DNA from: an uncultured Treponema sp.
GTDB lineage: Bacteria; Spirochaetota; Spirochaetia; Treponematales; Treponemataceae
Assembly: GCA_937877515.1 (NCBI GenBank)
Contig: CALFIX010000049.1
Span: 7,485 to 71,484 of the forward strand
Length of the DNA stretch: 64,000 bases
Reading direction: 5' to 3'
Under the pieces are notes generated by a model that was given only the letters and a program-made list of their open reading frames with translations, did no database searches and was not told the DNA's origin. The position numbers and the translations under genes are program-made. This document shows, piece after piece, positions 58,872 to 64,000 of the stretch (position 1 is its first letter; each line of letters begins with the position of its first letter).

Positions 58872-59305
58872 AAGTAAAAGTTTTAAAACAGGATGGAGCA
58901 GTTTTACCAGAATATAAGACTATAGGCGCTGCGGGAGCTGACGTATGTGCTCTTTTAGATTCTCCTGCTGAAATTTTACCAGGCAAGAGAAAAATTATTC
59001 CGACAGGTTTGTTTTTTGAAATTCCGGTTGGGTATGAAATTCAAGTGCGTCCAAGAAGCGGCTTAGCCTTTAAAAATGGTGTTACAGTTTTAAATACACC
59101 CGGCACCATAGACAGTGACTACCGGGGAGAGTTAAAGGTTATTCTCATAAACCTGGGAGAAGAGCCGTTTACAGTAAATTCCGGAGACCGCATAGCCCAA
59201 ATTATTTTAGCTCCCGTACCGCAGGCTTCTTTTAGCCTTGTTTCTTCAATCAGCGAAACTGAGCGTGGTTCTGGCGGCTTTGGAAGTACCGGCGTTTCAA
59301 AATGA
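58859..59305 (+). CDS. dut: dUTP diphosphatase
   Basis: [36 protein letters not shown]. Confidence 0.96.
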   Translation: MQSVEVKVLKQDGAVLPEYKTIGAAGADVCALLDSPAEILPGKRKIIPTGLFFEIPVGYEIQVRPRSGLAFKNGVTVLNTPGTIDSDYRGELKVILINLGEEPFTVNSGDRIAQIILAPVPQASFSLVSSISETERGSGGFGSTGVSK

Positions 59306-60669
59306 ATGAAGACGGTAAGAAGAATAAAAACTCTGTAATTTCCTCTTTTCAAAAAATCAGGGCAGCTGTTTTTTACCCTGCTAAGGTTATAAGAAAAAAG
59401 TTTCCGGCTTTACCGACAGCTTCTCAAGTAATAGAAAAAATAAGATATTTTAGCTTAAGAAGAGCTTTTTATTCTTTATGTATTGAGCTTTCAGATAAGC
59501 TTGGAGCAAAAAAATTATCTTCTTTTTTTGAAAGTCGATTAGAGGCTTTAAGTGATTTAAGGACTAAAATCTTAACAAAGTATATTGCAAAAGAACTTTT
59601 CTTGTATTTTTTAGTTTGCTTTTTATTTTTCTTTGTCGTTTTTTTTGTAAACCAGATTTTACTTTTGGCAGAAACAATTTTAAGAAAGCGTGTTCCCGTC
59701 ATGAATGTAATAAGGCTTATATGGTACTGCCTGCCTGCCATTATTGCTCAGTCTGCACCTTTTGCAACTCTGGTCGGGTTTTTAATGTGCTTAGGCCGCA
59801 TGGTAACGGATAATGAGGTTTTAATTTTGCGAGCATCAGGGCAACGTTATTCTGTAATTTTAAAGCCTGTGGTTATTATGGGGCTTATGATTTCTGTCTT
59901 TAGCTTTATTATGAATGACTATTTTCTTCCATTGGGAACAATTAACTATAATAAGCTTTACCGGCAGATAATTGTTTCTAACCCCGCGGTAGAAATGGAA
60001 CCTCATTCTGTAAAACGAATGAACGATTTTACGCTTGTTATCGGTGATGTAGAAAAAGATGATGTAAGCGACCTTGTTTTCTTTGAAAATAAAAGAAATG
60101 GTGAGCAGCGTATAATAGTTGCTCAAGATACGGCTGTAAAAAAATCTGTAAGTCCTGGGGTTCTGATGAGTCTAACAATGGATGATGCAGTTGTTCTGCT
60201 GCTTAATAATAAGACTCCTGGCGATTATGATGCACTTGACTCTGAAAGCTTAACGTTAAATGTTTTTGAAGATTCCATCATCTCTTCTAATGGAGGAACT
60301 TCACCTCGCGAGATGACTAGTTGGGATTTGGGAAAAAGAATAAAAAAGCTTAAGTCTAATAAGAGTACTTCAAAAAAACAGCTGAATACATATAGCCTGG
60401 AGTTTAATAAAAAATTTTCCATTCCATTCGGTTCAATTTTCTTTGCACTTTTGGCATTTCCTCTTGCATTGGTTTTTGGACGAAAAGATGGTCAGACTTT
60501 AGGACTTGTTTTTGGAATTATTATTTCTGTTCTTTATTGGTCGGCAACAATTCTTGGACAGATGTTTGGACTTCGTGGCGGTTATAACGGATTCTGGATG
60601 ATGTGGGGACCAAACTTCTTTATTGGCCTTTTAGGAATTCTTTTATATTTGAGGCTTCGTAAACGATGA
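59302..60669 (+). CDS. lptF: LptF/LptG family permease
   Basis: [11 protein letters not shown] and [10 protein letters not shown]; 6-TM topology; ~85-aa N-terminal extension. Confidence 0.85.
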   Translation: MNEDGKKNKNSVISSFQKIRAAVFYPAKVIRKKFPALPTASQVIEKIRYFSLRRAFYSLCIELSDKLGAKKLSSFFESRLEALSDLRTKILTKYIAKELFLYFLVCFLFFFVVFFVNQILLLAETILRKRVPVMNVIRLIWYCLPAIIAQSAPFATLVGFLMCLGRMVTDNEVLILRASGQRYSVILKPVVIMGLMISVFSFIMNDYFLPLGTINYNKLYRQIIVSNPAVEMEPHSVKRMNDFTLVIGDVEKDDVSDLVFFENKRNGEQRIIVAQDTAVKKSVSPGVLMSLTMDDAVVLLLNNKTPGDYDALDSESLTLNVFEDSIISSNGGTSPREMTSWDLGKRIKKLKSNKSTSKKQLNTYSLEFNKKFSIPFGSIFFALLAFPLALVFGRKDGQTLGLVFGIIISVLYWSATILGQMFGLRGGYNGFWMMWGPNFFIGLLGILLYLRLRKR

Positions 60670-61736
60670 AACTTGTTGGATATATGCTTAAGAAATTCTT
60701 TGGAATTTTTTTTGGCTCCATTTTATTTTTTGTATTGATTCTTTCTCTTACGGATTTATTTATAAACCTTTGGAATTATATTTCACGTGGAGTTACGATG
60801 TCTCAGGTAGGGCTTATAATGCTTTACTACATTCCAAAGACTGTTTCTTTTTCTGTGCCGATCGCCGTTCTTTTTGCAACCTCTTATATGCTTAGCGATT
60901 TATATGCAAAGAATGAACTTTTAGCAATTTTTGCTTCCGGAATTTCTCTTTTGCGTTTTACTGTTCCTCTTTTGTTTGTTGCAGTCGCAATGAGTTTTGG
61001 ACTTTTCTTTTTTGAAGATTTACTTGTTGTTCCGACTTATGCAAAAAAATCTCAACTTCAGCAGCAGGCTTTGCACAGAGAAAAATCTCTTAATAACGAT
61101 AAAATTGTTATTATGTCGGAAGAAGGAAACGTAATTTATAAGGCTGACTATTATGACAATAAACTGGAGCGGCTTTATACGCTTTATGTACTTTTTAGAA
61201 ACGAAGATAAATCTTTTTCAAATCTTATATATGCAGATAATGCCGTCTGGAGTGTAGATCACTGGGAATTAAGCAATGCAGTTGAGTATAAGAAGACTGA
61301 AAATGGCATAGAAAAAATTGATGTAGAAAAAGAGCTTGTTTCTCGTCTTACTGAAAAGCCTGAAATATTTAGGAATAATACGATTTCTGTTCAGGAAGTG
61401 GGAACAAAAGAAGCTAAGGAATATATTGAGCATCTGGATAGGGCAGGGCTTCCCAGTGCGGAAGAAAAATCTGAATATTACAAAAAATTTTCTTTTCCAT
61501 TTGTAGTTTTTATTGTCGTCTTTTTGGCTATAGGACTCAGCGGTAAGACCAGAAAGAATGTTTTAATTATAAGTCTTGCATTGTGCATTGGAGCCGTAGT
61601 TCTTTTTTACGTTACGCAGATGATGACAATGTTAATGGCAAAGTTTGGAACAATTCCTCCGATTGCAGGAGCGTGGAGCCCTGTAATAATGTTTGTTATA
61701 GTTAGTATTATACTTTTGCGTTATGCAAAAACTTAA
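60666..61736 (+). CDS. lptG: LptF/LptG family permease
   Basis: KNELLAIFASGIS, EYYKKFSFPF, AWSP. Confidence 0.85.
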   Translation: MKLVGYMLKKFFGIFFGSILFFVLILSLTDLFINLWNYISRGVTMSQVGLIMLYYIPKTVSFSVPIAVLFATSYMLSDLYAKNELLAIFASGISLLRFTVPLLFVAVAMSFGLFFFEDLLVVPTYAKKSQLQQQALHREKSLNNDKIVIMSEEGNVIYKADYYDNKLERLYTLYVLFRNEDKSFSNLIYADNAVWSVDHWELSNAVEYKKTENGIEKIDVEKELVSRLTEKPEIFRNNTISVQEVGTKEAKEYIEHLDRAGLPSAEEKSEYYKKFSFPFVVFIVVFLAIGLSGKTRKNVLIISLALCIGAVVLFYVTQMMTMLMAKFGTIPPIAGAWSPVIMFVIVSIILLRYAKT

Positions 61737-61747
61737 AAGGTGTATAT

Positions 61748-62884
61748 ATGATTCAGAATATCTTTGAAATTAAACATGAAAATTCTAATTCTCTTGCCAG
61801 AACCGGTGTTATGCATCTTCCTCACGGAGATGTTCAGACCCCGGTTTTTATGCCTGTCGGAACAAAGGGAACCGTAAAGGCTGTTGAAAAAGACAGTCTT
61901 GAAGAAATAGGCTTTGAAATAATATTGGCAAATACGTATCACATGTACCTTCGTCCGGGAGCTGACCTGGTAAAAGAAATGGGCGGTTTACATGGTTTTG
62001 CTAAGTGGAATAGAAACTTTTTAACAGATTCCGGTGGTTTTCAGGTATTCTCTCTTTCTTCGCTTAGAAAGATAAAAGACGACGGTGTTGAATTTAGAAG
62101 TGACATAGACGGCTCTAAGCATTTTTTTACGCCGGAAAATGTTGTTCAAACTCAGGTAAAGCTTAACAGTGACATTCAGATGCAGTTAGATGTTTGTACA
62201 GGCTATGGAGTTGAGCGGAAGGAAGCAGAGAGAGCCTTAAAAATTACTACTGACTGGACAAAGCGTGCAATAGCCGAGTGGAAAAAGCAGGTTGAAGAAG
62301 GTTATGAGGGGGTTCTTTTTCCTATAGTACAGGGAAACTTTTTTGATGACCTGAGAAAACAAAGTGCAGAATTTGTAAGCTCCTTAGATACTCCGGGACT
62401 TGCAATTGGCGGCCTCAGTGTGGGAGAGCCTGCAGAAGTTTTTGCAGAACATCTTCAAAAAACCGTTCAATATTTACCCCGCGAAAAGCCCCGCTATGTA
62501 ATGGGAATTGGAACCCCCGAGTATATTTTAGAAGCTGTTTCTAATGGCATTGATATGTTTGACTGTGTTTCTCCAACAAGAATTGCACGCCACGGAATGT
62601 ATTTGTCTCATTTTGGAATGGTAAGCATAAAGCAGGCAAGGTACGAGCATGATAACGGTTCCTTAGACCCGCTGTGTGATTGCAAGGTTTGTAGAACGTA
62701 TTCAAGGGCATATTTGCGTCATATTTTTAGGGAACAGGAAATTCTATCCAGCATGCTTGCAAGTTATCATAATCTTTATTTTTTACATAATATGATTTTA
62801 GATATTCGAAAAGCTATAAGTGAAGATCGTTTTACCGAATATAGAGAAAGTTTTCTTACTCAGTTTCATGGAGGCATTCAGTGA
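61748..62884 (+). CDS. tgt: Queuine tRNA-ribosyltransferase
   Basis: TPVFMPVGT, TDSGGFQVFSL, GGLSVGE, DMFDCV, CDCKVC Zn site. Confidence 0.96.
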   Translation: MIQNIFEIKHENSNSLARTGVMHLPHGDVQTPVFMPVGTKGTVKAVEKDSLEEIGFEIILANTYHMYLRPGADLVKEMGGLHGFAKWNRNFLTDSGGFQVFSLSSLRKIKDDGVEFRSDIDGSKHFFTPENVVQTQVKLNSDIQMQLDVCTGYGVERKEAERALKITTDWTKRAIAEWKKQVEEGYEGVLFPIVQGNFFDDLRKQSAEFVSSLDTPGLAIGGLSVGEPAEVFAEHLQKTVQYLPREKPRYVMGIGTPEYILEAVSNGIDMFDCVSPTRIARHGMYLSHFGMVSIKQARYEHDNGSLDPLCDCKVCRTYSRAYLRHIFREQEILSSMLASYHNLYFLHNMILDIRKAISEDRFTEYRESFLTQFHGGIQ

Positions 62885-64000
62885 AAAATAAATATTTACT
62901 AAAAGCGGTTCTTTTTGCTTTCGGATTAAGTTTATGCAGGCTTTATGCTTTGGAAGATGTTTCTCTGGAATTAGAAAATACTTCTGTGGACTCCATAGTA
63001 GAAGCTTTTAATGCTTTTGAAGAAACAGGAAAGCTTTCTGATGATGAAGAAAAAACTGAATACAAGTATACTCGAGAAAAAATATATCCGGAGCCACGGC
63101 GTCCTAAAAAGCCCGATGAAGACAAAATTCGCGAAGTAGAAGCAAAAAATGAAAAAAATGCAGGTAACTCTTACATAGAGCAGTGCAGGGATACTTTTAA
63201 ATATGGTCTGGAAACAGAAATTCAAGAGCTAATTGATGAGCTTACAAAGAATGAAGACCTGCGCATGGTAGACTATATTTATGACCTTTTTCTGGAAACA
63301 AAAAGTCCTAGTATTAGACAAAAAATCTTATCATATTTTACAAAGCTAAAAGATCCCTGTCTTGCTGACTATGCCGTAGAAATTATAAATGACCCTTATG
63401 ATGAAAAACGAGATGTTGTGTCTGACTGCTTTAAATATGTTTCAGAGGCAGGTATTACAGATGCTGTTCCTGGTTTAGTTGACTTAGTTGATAAAGAAGA
63501 AGATGAATATTTTGACGGAGCATTAAGTGCCCTGGGTGAGCTTGGAGGTGTAGAGGAAGCCCGGTTTATTGCCCAGTATTTAGACCGTTCAGATCTTTCC
63601 GTTAGTCAGCGGCAGGCTTTAATGAGGGTTTTAGGACGGATTAAGGCTGTAGAAACTTATGAAAAGTTAGCCGAAATTGCTCAAGATGAAGATGAAAACT
63701 CTTATGTAAGAATGTATGCTGCAGAAGCAATAGGTGCCATGGAAAAGAGCGAGGCTGAAGAAATTTTAGTAAAGCTTTTTGAGGAATCAGATCCAAATTT
63801 TAGAGTTTATGTCATAAAAGGTATTTCTCACTTTACGGACGAGGCTTCTGATAAGGTTATTACTCAGGGCTTAAGAGACTCTCAGTGGAAGGTCAGGCAG
63901 GAAGCTGTAAATGCCGTAAAAGAAAGAAAAATGACAGACTGCGTGCCTTACTTAATATACCGTTGCAAGGATAAGAGCGAAGAAAAAGTTATAAAAGATA
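62881..64000 (+). CDS. Exported HEAT-repeat protein, partial (runs off window; absent from ORF track)
   Basis: GTG 62881 overlapping the tgt stop; open to window end: MKNKYLLKAVLFAFGL..., with ALSALGELG, ALMRVLGRIK, VRMYAAEAIGAM and WKVRQEAVNAV repeats. Confidence 0.8.
   Translation, partial: MKNKYLLKAVLFAFGLSLCRLYALEDVSLELENTSVDSIVEAFNAFEETGKLSDDEEKTEYKYTREKIYPEPRRPKKPDEDKIREVEAKNEKNAGNSYIEQCRDTFKYGLETEIQELIDELTKNEDLRMVDYIYDLFLETKSPSIRQKILSYFTKLKDPCLADYAVEIINDPYDEKRDVVSDCFKYVSEAGITDAVPGLVDLVDKEEDEYFDGALSALGELGGVEEARFIAQYLDRSDLSVSQRQALMRVLGRIKAVETYEKLAEIAQDEDENSYVRMYAAEAIGAMEKSEAEEILVKLFEESDPNFRVYVIKGISHFTDEASDKVITQGLRDSQWKVRQEAVNAVKERKMTDCVPYLIYRCKDKSEEKVIKD

Noticed and set aside
1..64000. 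CRISPR array, tRNA/rRNA genes, transposases
   Set aside because: No regularly spaced direct repeats, cloverleaf or rRNA signatures, or DDE/HUH transposase ORFs were recognised

Overview
AT-rich bacterial chromosomal window, most consistent with a gut or rumen Treponema-like spirochaete. This is an inference from spirochaete-type lipoproteins, a pallilysin-related adhesin-like ORF, an HTH-PtsN fusion and a NusA with a C-terminal Zn ribbon. Most of the window is core metabolism and translation: dgt, leuA, gltX, argJBD, aroF-tyrA, apt, metY, rimP-nusA-infB-rbfA-truB/ribF-rpsO-pnp, dut, lptFG and tgt. Accessory blocks include a GH3/LolA/MMPL/HAD/acyltransferase lipid-type cluster, a surface starch-utilisation locus, two K+-channel-like genes plus a cNMP-binding protein, and a cobalamin riboswitch-lipoprotein-TonB receptor unit. 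No transposase, integrase, prophage, rRNA, tRNA or CRISPR array was seen. The most notable signals are: (i) two apparently leaderless attenuator peptides missing from the ORF track, one with six Leu codons before leuA and one with a mixed Tyr/Phe/Trp tract before aroF-tyrA; (ii) a channel pair whose TVGYGD filter is replaced by SAAYFD and FANYFE; (iii) a collapsed alpha-amylase gene remnant; (iv) a candidate anti-SD small RNA; (v) families of nested-hairpin intergenic repeats; and (vi) recurrent leaderless promoter geometry. All calls come from reading the sequence; no database searches were run.
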